Below, piece after piece: positions 16,182-25,164 of a stretch of 28,457 nucleotides of DNA. Where the stretch lies: NCBI GenBank assembly GCA_045598465.1, contig JAZLMD010000141.1, positions 1-28,457 of the forward strand, given 5' to 3'. Position 1 is the first letter of the stretch. Every line of letters begins with the position of its first letter. Below the pieces are notes generated by a model. That model ran no database searches, had not been told where the DNA came from, and saw nothing but the letters and a program-made list of their open reading frames with translations. This stretch comes from Acidaminococcaceae bacterium. GTDB lineage: Bacteria > Bacillota > Negativicutes > Acidaminococcales > Acidaminococcaceae. Made by a program: the position numbers and the translations under genes.

Positions 16182-19076
16182 ATGGATGATTTATTGTTGA
16201 AAGTATTCAATTTTTTGGTGATACCGGAATCGTCGTTGTCGATTGTATTTCTGGTTTTGTTTGCTGTATGTTTTTTGTACGGCATTTTGAAAGTGGTGGA
16301 TTGTAGGCGTTCGCTGCAGGATTTTCACGACAATGGTTTGGCCAACTATCAGCAGGAGATGTACCGGCTTAACCAAAGGCAGTTTATGAACAAGTTCATT
16401 TCCGCTTTGTCTGCAAAAGAGGTCAAGATAACTGATATGCCCAATATTTTTGTGAGTATTGGCATTTTAGGTACGTTCTTGGGACTGGGTGTTGCTATTC
16501 ATGGTGCAGCCGATTTGTTGAATGCTGACAGGGTTGATTTGATGCAACTCAATTCAGTTCTGAGCGTTATTGCCTTCAAATTCCAGACAAGTGTTTGGGG
16601 AACTTGTTTTTCGTTGATTTTCCAAAAATTTATTTTGGAACCTTATTTTGTTTATCGGCAGAAGCAGTTGGGTGAGGTGGAAACTGCAATTTATGCGGAT
16701 GCCGTCAACCAAAGCACCGCTATGCAGTGGCAGTTGGCAGAATTGCAAGGTATGCATGCGGCTTTGACAAGTGAAAGCGACACCATGCGTAACAGTGAGC
16801 GAAATATTGCAGATGCGTTGCATCATCAAAGTAAGTCCTTGAGCGAAATGGCTGAGAAAATGAATCAAAGCCGGCTCGAGGACAATGCCAGGCAACTGAA
16901 GGAATTTAGAGCAGTTGCGGATAATATGCTTACTCAGCAAATGGCTTTCACGGATACGTTGAATGCTCAAAATCTTGTTAATAACAACAAGATTACAACG
17001 GAACTTTTGAATAAGATTGATGAATTGGTGGGGGACGAAAGAAGGAATAACCTGCTGTCAATCAAGGAACTTTTATCCAAGATTGGCACTCTTGTTGGGG
17101 ATTCTAACGACAGCAATATGAAGATTGCCGCCGAGTTGTTAGAGAAAGTTAATTCCATGGTAGATGACGTTAATGAATCCAATCTGTCAACCATCCAGGA
17201 GCTTTTGAAAAAAATCAGTGACTTAATCAGTCAATCATCCAGCAGCAATGCCCGTCTGGGACAAGATTTGCTTACGCATGTCACCCAGTTGGTTGACGAC
17301 ACCAGTAAGAACAATAATTTGAGTTTGCGGGATTTGTTGCGTAATGTGACTCAGTTGGTGGGAGATACCAATATCAGTAATGCACAGATTTCCAGGGAAG
17401 TGTTGGATAAAGTTGGTGAATTGATTTCAGAGCAGGGCACCACCAATGATGTTATGATCAAGGATTTGCTTGGTAAGGTGAGTGTATTAGTTAATGACAG
17501 CAATACGAGTAATGCGGCCATGACGAAGGACTTGTTGGAGAAGGTCGATACTTTGGTAAGTGACAGCAATACGAGTAATGCAGCCATGACGAAGGACTTG
17601 TTGGAGAAGGTCAATACTTTGGTAAGTGACAGTAATATGAGTAATGCGGTCATGACCAAGGAGTTGGTTGAGAAAGTAGATACATTGGTTAGCGACAGCA
17701 GTATGGCCAATGCGGCACTGACTAAGGAGTTGGTTGAGAAGGTAGATACATTGGTTAGCGACAGCAGTATGGCCAATGCGGCACTGACTAAGGAGTTGGT
17801 TGAAAAGGTAGATACACTGGTTAGTGACAGCAATATGGCCAATGTCAAAATGACACAAGAGTTGTTGGATGATGTTAGGAATTTGGTTGGAGCCGCTCAG
17901 GAAAGTTCTGTTGAAAGTGGCCAGGCAGTTATGGAAAATGTGGCCCAGCAACTTGTGCAACAGAAAGGTGAAATTCAGGAAATGTTGGCGCTTCAGAACG
18001 CAACCAATGAGAGGCTGAAGATTCAACAGGAAGTTCTGTTGGAGAATGCTGAGGTTAACAACAGGGAAAATATGGAGAGAAATGCGGAAAATATTAAAGA
18101 AGTGCTTGGTAAAGTTACGACTTTGATTGATGAATCCAAATCTTCCAATGCAGAGATGACCAAGGAATTGCTTTCCAACGTTAAGGCCTTTGTGGGAGAC
18201 GCTCAGGACTATGCCACCGAGAATGGTAGGTCTATTATGGCTAATGTGGCCGATCAGCTCATGCAACAGAAAAACGAGATTCAGGAAATGTTGGCTCGTC
18301 AGAACGAAATTAACGAGAAGTTGAAGGTTCAACAGGAAGTTTTGTTGGAGAATGCCGAGATTAACAGCAAAGAAAATATCGAGAAGAATACGGAAAACAT
18401 CAGACAGGTGCTTGAAAAGGTAGGTACCTTGATTGATGAATCAAAGTCTGCCCACATCGAAACTACTAAAGAGTTATTGGATAATGTTAAAGCATTGGTA
18501 GGCGATGCTCAGGATTATGCCAATAAGAATGGCAAATCGATTCTTGGTGGTGTTGCTGAGCAATTGACTAAGCAAAGAAAGCATATGGAAGAAATGATTA
18601 GTAAGCAAAGTCAATTGAATGAGGCTCTTTTGGGTGATGTTGCGGAAACAGAAGCTGCAAATGCCAAGAATATGCGTGAGGGTATTGTTCAGCAGATGGA
18701 AGAATATAAGCAGTATGCAAGGCAGTTGGCTGAAGAACAGAAACAAACGCAAGAAGCTCTGGAGAATCGGTTGCAGGTGCTTACTAATGATATTGACAAA
18801 AATAGCGACACAAGCAATGAAAATATTACGGAGTTGCGACGCGCAATTGATGTTCTTCAGAAGGCAATTGATACCAATAGCAATATATTGGAAGGTATTG
18901 TCGATAACTTTGTCAATAAGCAGAGGGATATGGACGAATTGCGTCGCAGTGAAATTAAAGCGATGGCGGAATCCTTTGGCACGCTTTTCAATCAGGAGAG
19001 TCAAAATATGGCGACTTGGAGAAAGATGAAAGAGGATATCAGTCGCAGCAGGAAGAAAAAAAATAGTGAACAGTAA
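16182..19076 (+). CDS. ZorA-like MotA/TolQ/ExbB-family membrane protein with an approximately 800-aa helical repeat tail
   Basis: Three hydrophobic segments (about aa 19-39, 87-106, 129-152), including PNIFVSIGILGTFLGL and FQTSVWG, which match the MotA/ZorA TM2/TM3 pattern. A coiled-coil/repeat tail follows. Directly upstream of a MotB-like gene. Confidence 0.8.
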   Translation: MDDLLLKVFNFLVIPESSLSIVFLVLFAVCFLYGILKVVDCRRSLQDFHDNGLANYQQEMYRLNQRQFMNKFISALSAKEVKITDMPNIFVSIGILGTFLGLGVAIHGAADLLNADRVDLMQLNSVLSVIAFKFQTSVWGTCFSLIFQKFILEPYFVYRQKQLGEVETAIYADAVNQSTAMQWQLAELQGMHAALTSESDTMRNSERNIADALHHQSKSLSEMAEKMNQSRLEDNARQLKEFRAVADNMLTQQMAFTDTLNAQNLVNNNKITTELLNKIDELVGDERRNNLLSIKELLSKIGTLVGDSNDSNMKIAAELLEKVNSMVDDVNESNLSTIQELLKKISDLISQSSSSNARLGQDLLTHVTQLVDDTSKNNNLSLRDLLRNVTQLVGDTNISNAQISREVLDKVGELISEQGTTNDVMIKDLLGKVSVLVNDSNTSNAAMTKDLLEKVDTLVSDSNTSNAAMTKDLLEKVNTLVSDSNMSNAVMTKELVEKVDTLVSDSSMANAALTKELVEKVDTLVSDSSMANAALTKELVEKVDTLVSDSNMANVKMTQELLDDVRNLVGAAQESSVESGQAVMENVAQQLVQQKGEIQEMLALQNATNERLKIQQEVLLENAEVNNRENMERNAENIKEVLGKVTTLIDESKSSNAEMTKELLSNVKAFVGDAQDYATENGRSIMANVADQLMQQKNEIQEMLARQNEINEKLKVQQEVLLENAEINSKENIEKNTENIRQVLEKVGTLIDESKSAHIETTKELLDNVKALVGDAQDYANKNGKSILGGVAEQLTKQRKHMEEMISKQSQLNEALLGDVAETEAANAKNMREGIVQQMEEYKQYARQLAEEQKQTQEALENRLQVLTNDIDKNSDTSNENITELRRAIDVLQKAIDTNSNILEGIVDNFVNKQRDMDELRRSEIKAMAESFGTLFNQESQNMATWRKMKEDISRSRKKKNSEQ
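16983..17906 (+). repeat. 14 tandem 66-bp (22-aa) coding repeats in the ZorA-like tail
   Basis: Consensus like NAAMTKELLEKVDTLVSDSNxS. Units at 17511/17577 and 17709/17775 each differ at 4 of 66 bases by my manual alignment. Outer units are more diverged. Confidence 0.92.
17841..18608 (+). repeat. about 2.5 copies of a 306-bp (102-aa) higher-order repeat in the ZorA-like tail
   Basis: Units start at 17841 (NVKMTQELL), 18147 (NAEMTKELL) and 18453 (HIETTKELL, partial). The first two share EIQEMLA, QQEVLLENAE and TLIDESKS. Confidence 0.88.
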
Positions 19077-19087
19077 GAGGTGGTATT

Positions 19088-19687
19088 ATGGGAACGAAGC
19101 GAAATCCATGGATATCTATAGCGGACCTCTTGAGTAGTGTTGTTCTGGTGGTTCTTTTGCTGTTTGTTATGGCGGCTATTGCACCTAAGTATACCCAGGA
19201 ACTGGCCCGTAATAGAATAATGAGCAAGTTCGATAGTGATTTGAACAAGTATGAATCCAGTGGACAGTTGAAAGTTAGGATTGATGAAAGCATTTTGGAA
19301 TTTACTGCTGTAACTTTTGAGCAGGGCAGTGCAAGTTTGAGTAAAAAGACCAATAATTTGGTCAAAGACATTGCAGTGAAATTGAAGGACTATATGCAGG
19401 AACATCCTAAGATGGAGATTTTGATTGAGGGTCATACAGATCCGGCTGTAGTTAAATCAGTTAGCAATGTTGGCGGTTATTTTGCAGATAATATTCAATT
19501 GTCAAGTTTGCGTGCCGCTAATGTTCGTAAGGCACTCTTGAAACACATGGGGGATGATTATGCCAAGAGGATTGGTGTTGCCGGTTATGGTGAAACCAGA
19601 TTGAAGAACATTAAGGACAGATATTCTGCAGAGAACCGTCGCGTTGAAATTAGAATTTTGTGGGATGGTAAAGATAAGGGCAAATGA
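19088..19687 (+). CDS. ZorB/MotB-like protein: TM helix with conserved Asp plus OmpA-like peptidoglycan-binding domain
   Basis: N-terminal PWISIADLLSS (Asp13). OmpA-like motifs IEGHTD, NIQLSSLRAANV, GYGE and NRRVEI. Confidence 0.85.
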   Translation: MGTKRNPWISIADLLSSVVLVVLLLFVMAAIAPKYTQELARNRIMSKFDSDLNKYESSGQLKVRIDESILEFTAVTFEQGSASLSKKTNNLVKDIAVKLKDYMQEHPKMEILIEGHTDPAVVKSVSNVGGYFADNIQLSSLRAANVRKALLKHMGDDYAKRIGVAGYGETRLKNIKDRYSAENRRVEIRILWDGKDKGK

Positions 19688-19709
19688 GTTCGGAATATTG
19701 GAGGAATAA

Positions 19710-21410
19710 TTGAAACTGTTTTCGGGAACTAAGGAAAAAAAGAAAGAAACAAAAATTAGCAAAAAAATATTTATGGTTCCTCTTGGCGGGTTAGGGGAAA
19801 TAGGGAAGAATATGACCGCCGTCTGCTACGATGATTCTATTATCGTCGTTGATGCCGGTTTGATGTTCCCGGAGGAAGATATGTTGGGAATTGATTTAGT
19901 GATTCCCGACATTACTTTCCTTTTGGAACGGAAGGAGCAAGTTAAGGCCATTTTTTTGACTCATGGGCACGAGGATCATATTGGGGCTTTACCATATGTT
20001 TTGAAAGAACTTAATGTCCCTGTGTATGGAACCGCTTTGACCTTGGGCATTTGTAAGGGACGCATGGAAGAAAATGGTGTCGGCACCAAGGGCTTCCATG
20101 TGATTGCTCCCGGTGATACAGTGAGGAAAGGGCCTTTTGTGGTTGATTTTATTCGAGTTAATCACAGTATTCCTGATTCCGTCGGGTTGAGTATCAATAC
20201 TCCCATTGGTCGAATCATTCATACTGGTGATTTTAAGATTGATCATACTCCTGTCGACGGGCAGGTGACGGAGTTCAATAAGTTTGCGGAATATGGCGAT
20301 GCAGGTGTGTTGTGTCTTCTGTCGGATAGTACTAATGCTGAAAGGGAAGGATTTACCCCCAGTGAAAAGATTGTGGGTAAAACTTTTGATGAAGAGTTTG
20401 CCCAGGCGCAGAACCGCATCATTGTGGCCACATTCTCCAGTAATGTTCATCGTATTCAGCAGGTGATTGATAGTGCAGTCAAGTATAAACGTAGGGTTGC
20501 AATCATTGGTCGCAGTATGGAAAATGTGGCAAAAATTGCTATTGAGTTGGGATATTTGAAAGTTCCGGAAGGTGTGTTGATTGATGTTGAGCAGGTCAGA
20601 AATTACAGACCCAAGCAAATAGTTGTTGTGACTACAGGCAGTCAGGGAGAACCTATGAGTGCTCTGACACGCATGTCACAGGGTGAACATAAGAAGTTAA
20701 ATATCGTTCCCGGAGATACAATTATCATTTCGGCCACACCTATCCCCGGCAATGAAAAATTAGTATCAAAGACGGTGGATAATCTGTATAAGCTTGGTGC
20801 AAATGTTGTTTATGAACGGTCCAGTGGGGTACATGTTTCCGGGCATGCCAGTCAGGAAGAATTGAAGTTGATGCTTAATTTGGTCAGACCGAAGTTCTTC
20901 GTTCCGCTTCACGGGGAATTTCGCCATTTGATTAAACATGCGCGATTGGCAAACAGTTTGGGGATGCCTAAGGAAAACATTGTCATTGCAGAGAACGGGG
21001 TTATTATCGAGTTAACCCAAGACCATATTAGTAGGAATGGTAAAGTCCAGGCCGGCAAAGTTATGGTGGACGGTTTGGGTGTGGGCGATGTTGGGAATGC
21101 CGTATTGAGGGAAAGAAAAGAACTTGCTGAAAACGGTATTTTCGTTGTTGTTTTAGGCATTGATCGCAAATCCGGTCAACTGGTCAACGGACCTGAGGTT
21201 TTTTCACAAGGTTTTATATTCGTAAGGGATGCAGAAGAGTTGATAACTGGAGCAAAGGAAGTGTTGGTTCGTTTCTTGGAAAAGACACCGAGAGGCAAAT
21301 TTTCTGACCGAACATCATTGAAATTGAGTTTGACCAGAGTACTGGAAAAATATTTGTTTGACAGGACTCATCGTCGTCCGGTGATACTACCTATTTTTAT
21401 AGACAACTGA
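19710..21410 (+). CDS. rnj: ribonuclease J
   Basis: PLGGLGEIGKNM, THGHEDHIG, HTGDFK, TFSSNVHR, GSQGEP and HVSGHA. TTG start behind GGAGG. Confidence 0.96.
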   Translation: MKLFSGTKEKKKETKISKKIFMVPLGGLGEIGKNMTAVCYDDSIIVVDAGLMFPEEDMLGIDLVIPDITFLLERKEQVKAIFLTHGHEDHIGALPYVLKELNVPVYGTALTLGICKGRMEENGVGTKGFHVIAPGDTVRKGPFVVDFIRVNHSIPDSVGLSINTPIGRIIHTGDFKIDHTPVDGQVTEFNKFAEYGDAGVLCLLSDSTNAEREGFTPSEKIVGKTFDEEFAQAQNRIIVATFSSNVHRIQQVIDSAVKYKRRVAIIGRSMENVAKIAIELGYLKVPEGVLIDVEQVRNYRPKQIVVVTTGSQGEPMSALTRMSQGEHKKLNIVPGDTIIISATPIPGNEKLVSKTVDNLYKLGANVVYERSSGVHVSGHASQEELKLMLNLVRPKFFVPLHGEFRHLIKHARLANSLGMPKENIVIAENGVIIELTQDHISRNGKVQAGKVMVDGLGVGDVGNAVLRERKELAENGIFVVVLGIDRKSGQLVNGPEVFSQGFIFVRDAEELITGAKEVLVRFLEKTPRGKFSDRTSLKLSLTRVLEKYLFDRTHRRPVILPIFIDN

Positions 21411-21418
21411 GGTTTTTT

Positions 21419-24217
21419 TTGAAGAGAAAAGAAGAGAGTGAAATTGAAGATAGGGAAGTTGGTCAGGGAGCTGACGAAAGTTGTTGGATGCGTTCAGTGG
21501 TAGGTGTGTTTTTTATTGTGTCAGCTGTTGCTGTTGTTGTTATTTATCTTGCGGGTGATTTTGTTCCTGTTTTGGGATTTGGCAAGACGGCTTTGAAGTT
21601 GGCTTTAGGCAGTTGTGGGGTCATATTGGCTGTGTTTATGGCGATTGTTGGTACCAACATTTTGTCCAATGGAGAGTATGGTTTTTTCTCATTAAGAAAC
21701 TTTTTTCTTTTCCTTTTGTTTTTGACAATTCCTGCTCTTGTGCATCATTTTAATGTTCCTATTGGCAAGGAACTGTTCCCGGATGTATTGAGGGAGGCAC
21801 GGGGAGGTGGACTTGTTGGTGGTTTGTTCGTACTTTTTTTGCATAGGGTATTGGATGGTGGTACTACTTTGTTTGTTTTGGTGATGATATTGATAGTTTC
21901 ATTCGTTTTTTTGTTACCTTACAAAGACATTTTTAGTGCGATTATTTGGCCTTTTGTTGAGTTAAAACGGATTATATTACGTAGGAATAGGAGTATTGGA
22001 GATGAGGACGATGAGGATGATGAGGAGGACGAGTATGATACCGGCGATGACGATGATGACGATGACGATGACAATGAGGTTGAGCAGTTGGGTGTGAGTA
22101 AAAAGGAGGCCCCTTCATTTTCTGCTAAAATGGAGCCGGTTACCTATACTGCGAAAGAAGGAGGGAGTGATAATTTTCTTTCCGCCCGTAGCATTATTGC
22201 CAGTCGCAGGTTAAAACAGCAGCAAAAGAAGGATGAACCTTCTGTTATTGAACAAATATATGGTCGCAAGGAGTTTAGAGGTTTTTCTGACGGTGTCAGA
22301 AAAGAAAATATTCTGAAGCGTATTATGAGCAGAAGGTCCGAGGATAATGTTTACAATCAGCCGGGAATTAGGGAAAATCTTAAAGAGCATCCGGTTGATA
22401 TTCCAATTTGGCAGGGGATTGAGGAAGTCGCTTCGCTTCAGCCATCAGCCATCAGCAAACAGTGTTCAGGGGAAGAGGAAGGTGATGACGCTTCGCTCCA
22501 GCCATCAGGATTGAGGGGTGAGGATAAGTATGATGATGTTGAACAATATAACGATGCGAAAGAAATGGATGGCGTTAATAATGGAGGATGTAAAGTAATT
22601 CCTTTGTTTGGAAGGAAATCTGTTGATAGTGTTGAATCAGCATCCGAAGAAGAAGGTCTTGTCATTAAGCATTATCGGGAAAATGAAGATGATGATACGG
22701 ATGTCAATGAGAATGTCATTGAGAATGGTAAGGGGACCTTGGCATCAGCTGCGGCCAAACCGAAATTGGGAAGAATTAGGTATAAATATCCAAAACCGGA
22801 TTTGTTGGACAAACCTAAGCATTTGAGTTCCTCTGTTTATGAGAAGGACATTCAGAAGCAAAGTGAAGTGCTAAAGCAAACTTTGGAAGATTTTGGGGTT
22901 AATGCCAGGATTGTGGGGGTTACTCGTGGTCCGAGTGTCACCCGTTTTGAGATTGTACCGGCCCCCGGGGTAAAGGTAAGTGCTATTACTAGTTTGGCAG
23001 ATGATATAGCATTGAATTTGGCGGCTGGCGGAGTGCGTTTTGAAGCGCCCATTCCCGGCAAAGCGGCCATAGGCATTGAGGTGCCTAATGTCCAGAACGA
23101 TTCGGTGTATTTTAGAGAGATTGTTGAAAGTGAAGCAGTTAAGGGGAACAGTTCCCCCCTGTGCATCGGGTTGGGTAAAGATATCAGTGGCAATGTTATT
23201 ACTGCTGATTTGACGAAAATGCCTCATCTTTTGGTTGCCGGGTCTACCGGAAGTGGAAAATCGGTTTGCATTAACACCCTAATAAGCGGTATTTTATTCA
23301 AAGCCCATCCGGAAGAAGTAAAATTGATTTTGGTTGATCCGAAAATGGTGGAATTATCAAATTATAATGGGATTCCTCATCTTTTGACTCCAGTTGTCAC
23401 GGATATGAAAAAAGCGGCTTCGGCGTTGCAGTGGGCGAGAAAAGAGATGGAAAGGCGTTATCAGATTTTTGCGGAAAACCGTGCCCGTGAGATTACGTCT
23501 TACAATTTGGGGGCGGAAGTAAAATTACCCTATATTGTCGTCATCATAGATGAGTTGTCCGATTTGATGATGGTGGCAAGGGTTGATGTGGAAGATGCCA
23601 TTTTAGCTTTGGCGCAAAAGGCCAGGGCGGCCGGCATTCATTTGGTTCTGGCAACCCAAAGACCTTCCGTGGACGTTATTACTGGGGTGATAAAAGCCAA
23701 TATTCCCTCGAGAATATCTTTTGCCGTATCTTCACAAATAGACAGCCGGACTATTTTGGATGTTAGCGGGGCGGAAAAATTGATTGGTAAGGGTGACATG
23801 TTGTTTTATCCTGTCGGATTTAATAAACCTGTGCGGGTGCAGGGGGCATTCATCAGTGATGGTGAAATCAATAGGGTTTCGGAGTTTGTTGTCGGGCAGC
23901 ATTATGCTTCTGATTTTGTAGAGGAAGTTACCGGTCAGGAGTTAGCTTCTGATGTCAGCAGGACGGGTGAAAATGTTGAAAACAAATTGGAAGATGAGAT
24001 ATTTTTGGATGTTCTGAGGTTAGTGATGGACACGGGGCAGGTTTCTGCATCTATGTTGCAAAGGAAATTTCGGGTTGGGTATACCCGTGCGGCACGGTTG
24101 GTTGACAAGTTGGAGGAAATGGGAATTGTGGGTCAGGTGACCGGCAGTAAACCGAGAGAATTGTTGATTACCCGCGAAGAAATAGAAAACAGGTTTTTTG
24201 ATGTGAATAGGAGTTAG
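21419..24217 (+). CDS. ftsK: DNA translocase FtsK/SpoIIIE
   Basis: N-terminal TM helices and a long linker, then GPSVTRFE, PHLLVAGSTGSGKS, IIDELSDLM, ATQRPS and a gamma domain SMLQRKFRVGYTRAARL. Confidence 0.96.
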   Translation: MKRKEESEIEDREVGQGADESCWMRSVVGVFFIVSAVAVVVIYLAGDFVPVLGFGKTALKLALGSCGVILAVFMAIVGTNILSNGEYGFFSLRNFFLFLLFLTIPALVHHFNVPIGKELFPDVLREARGGGLVGGLFVLFLHRVLDGGTTLFVLVMILIVSFVFLLPYKDIFSAIIWPFVELKRIILRRNRSIGDEDDEDDEEDEYDTGDDDDDDDDDNEVEQLGVSKKEAPSFSAKMEPVTYTAKEGGSDNFLSARSIIASRRLKQQQKKDEPSVIEQIYGRKEFRGFSDGVRKENILKRIMSRRSEDNVYNQPGIRENLKEHPVDIPIWQGIEEVASLQPSAISKQCSGEEEGDDASLQPSGLRGEDKYDDVEQYNDAKEMDGVNNGGCKVIPLFGRKSVDSVESASEEEGLVIKHYRENEDDDTDVNENVIENGKGTLASAAAKPKLGRIRYKYPKPDLLDKPKHLSSSVYEKDIQKQSEVLKQTLEDFGVNARIVGVTRGPSVTRFEIVPAPGVKVSAITSLADDIALNLAAGGVRFEAPIPGKAAIGIEVPNVQNDSVYFREIVESEAVKGNSSPLCIGLGKDISGNVITADLTKMPHLLVAGSTGSGKSVCINTLISGILFKAHPEEVKLILVDPKMVELSNYNGIPHLLTPVVTDMKKAASALQWARKEMERRYQIFAENRAREITSYNLGAEVKLPYIVVIIDELSDLMMVARVDVEDAILALAQKARAAGIHLVLATQRPSVDVITGVIKANIPSRISFAVSSQIDSRTILDVSGAEKLIGKGDMLFYPVGFNKPVRVQGAFISDGEINRVSEFVVGQHYASDFVEEVTGQELASDVSRTGENVENKLEDEIFLDVLRLVMDTGQVSASMLQRKFRVGYTRAARLVDKLEEMGIVGQVTGSKPRELLITREEIENRFFDVNRS

Positions 24218-24222
24218 TGATT

Positions 24223-25158
24223 ATGGATGAGGCAGTTGGAAAGATTCTTATGGAAAAGAGGGAATCGCTTTGTCTGACTATTGATGAAGTGGCTGAAAAG
24301 ACATCTCTCAGGGCTGAGTATCTGGAAAAAATAGAAAATGACGATTTTTCAGTTTTCAGGACTCCCATATATGCTAAAGGCACCATACGCGGTTATGCTA
24401 ATTTTTTAGGTTTGGACGGATTGGCTCTGGTGGAACAATTCAAGAAAAATCAGCTGGAGAGTGTTACTTTTGCCTCTGCTGATATCGGGCAGGATACCAT
24501 TGATGCTGTCTCTAAGAGCAAGGTTAAGGTCAATCTGATTCAGCAGCAGGGAGTAGGAACTCAGACCAGTTTTAGCAAGGATGGAAAATCTCTTCCTATC
24601 GGTCAGATTGTTTTTGGTTTTGTGTTGGTAGGTCTTATTGCCGTCGGCTGTTGTTTTGCTTCTGATTTGAAGTTTGATAAGATTGATTTTTCTTTTGTTG
24701 AAGGATTTTCAACGAAGATTAGCGAATTGTACGGTACAGTGACAAATCTGGTATCTGAGAATCGTCAGGAAAAACAGGACGCAGGGCGCAGGGAGCAAGG
24801 CACAAAGGACAGTACACAGGAGGCAGGCCTTGGTAGCGTTAAGCGTGAAGAGATAAGCGTTAAGGGGCAAGGCGTAAAGAAAGTGGAAGTTAAGGCGGAC
24901 AAGAACGCTATTGCACCACGTTATGACAAAGTTGTGGTGGAAATGACAGCCAGCGGACAATGCTGGATTGATGTTTTTGCTGATGGGAAAGCCATTTATA
25001 GCGGTATGATGACTAAGGGCCGTTATAAAATTTTTGAAGCTAATAAACGTGTTACGGTCCGTTACGGTAATATTGGGGTGATGCAGGTTATTGTGAACGG
25101 AAAACCTGTCAATATGCGTGGAGAAGCGGGAGTAACTACTCGTCATTATCCCAAGTGA
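24223..25158 (+). CDS. rodZ: RodZ-family protein (HTH, TM helix, DUF4115)
   Basis: GKILMEKRE...YLEKIEND...YAKGTIRGYANFLGL HTH, one TM helix, and C-terminal CWIDVFADG...VRYGN...VNGK. ATG 24223 fits the AGGAG spacing better than GTG 24217. Confidence 0.85.
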   Translation: MDEAVGKILMEKRESLCLTIDEVAEKTSLRAEYLEKIENDDFSVFRTPIYAKGTIRGYANFLGLDGLALVEQFKKNQLESVTFASADIGQDTIDAVSKSKVKVNLIQQQGVGTQTSFSKDGKSLPIGQIVFGFVLVGLIAVGCCFASDLKFDKIDFSFVEGFSTKISELYGTVTNLVSENRQEKQDAGRREQGTKDSTQEAGLGSVKREEISVKGQGVKKVEVKADKNAIAPRYDKVVVEMTASGQCWIDVFADGKAIYSGMMTKGRYKIFEANKRVTVRYGNIGVMQVIVNGKPVNMRGEAGVTTRHYPK

Positions 25159-25164
25159 GTAGTT

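Noticed and set aside
17511-17840. Near-identical 66-bp repeats as a possible CRISPR array
   Set aside because: The units are contiguous with no unique spacers, stay in frame, and vary mostly at synonymous positions.
16182-19687. Annotation as flagellar stator MotAB or as ExbBD/TolQR
   Set aside because: The 800-aa C-terminal tail and absence of flagellar genes argue against MotAB. The OmpA-like domain argues against ExbD/TolR.
12943-19709. Idea that the peptidase-ZorAB block is an island integrated at tRNA-Arg
   Set aside because: No integrase and no duplicated tRNA 3' end was found at 16119-16181 or 19688-19709. The GTTCG at about 19688 is too short to count.
21413-21420. T8 run containing the ftsK TTG start
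   Set aside because: Slippage would only shift ribosome-binding-site spacing, and there is no evidence of variation.
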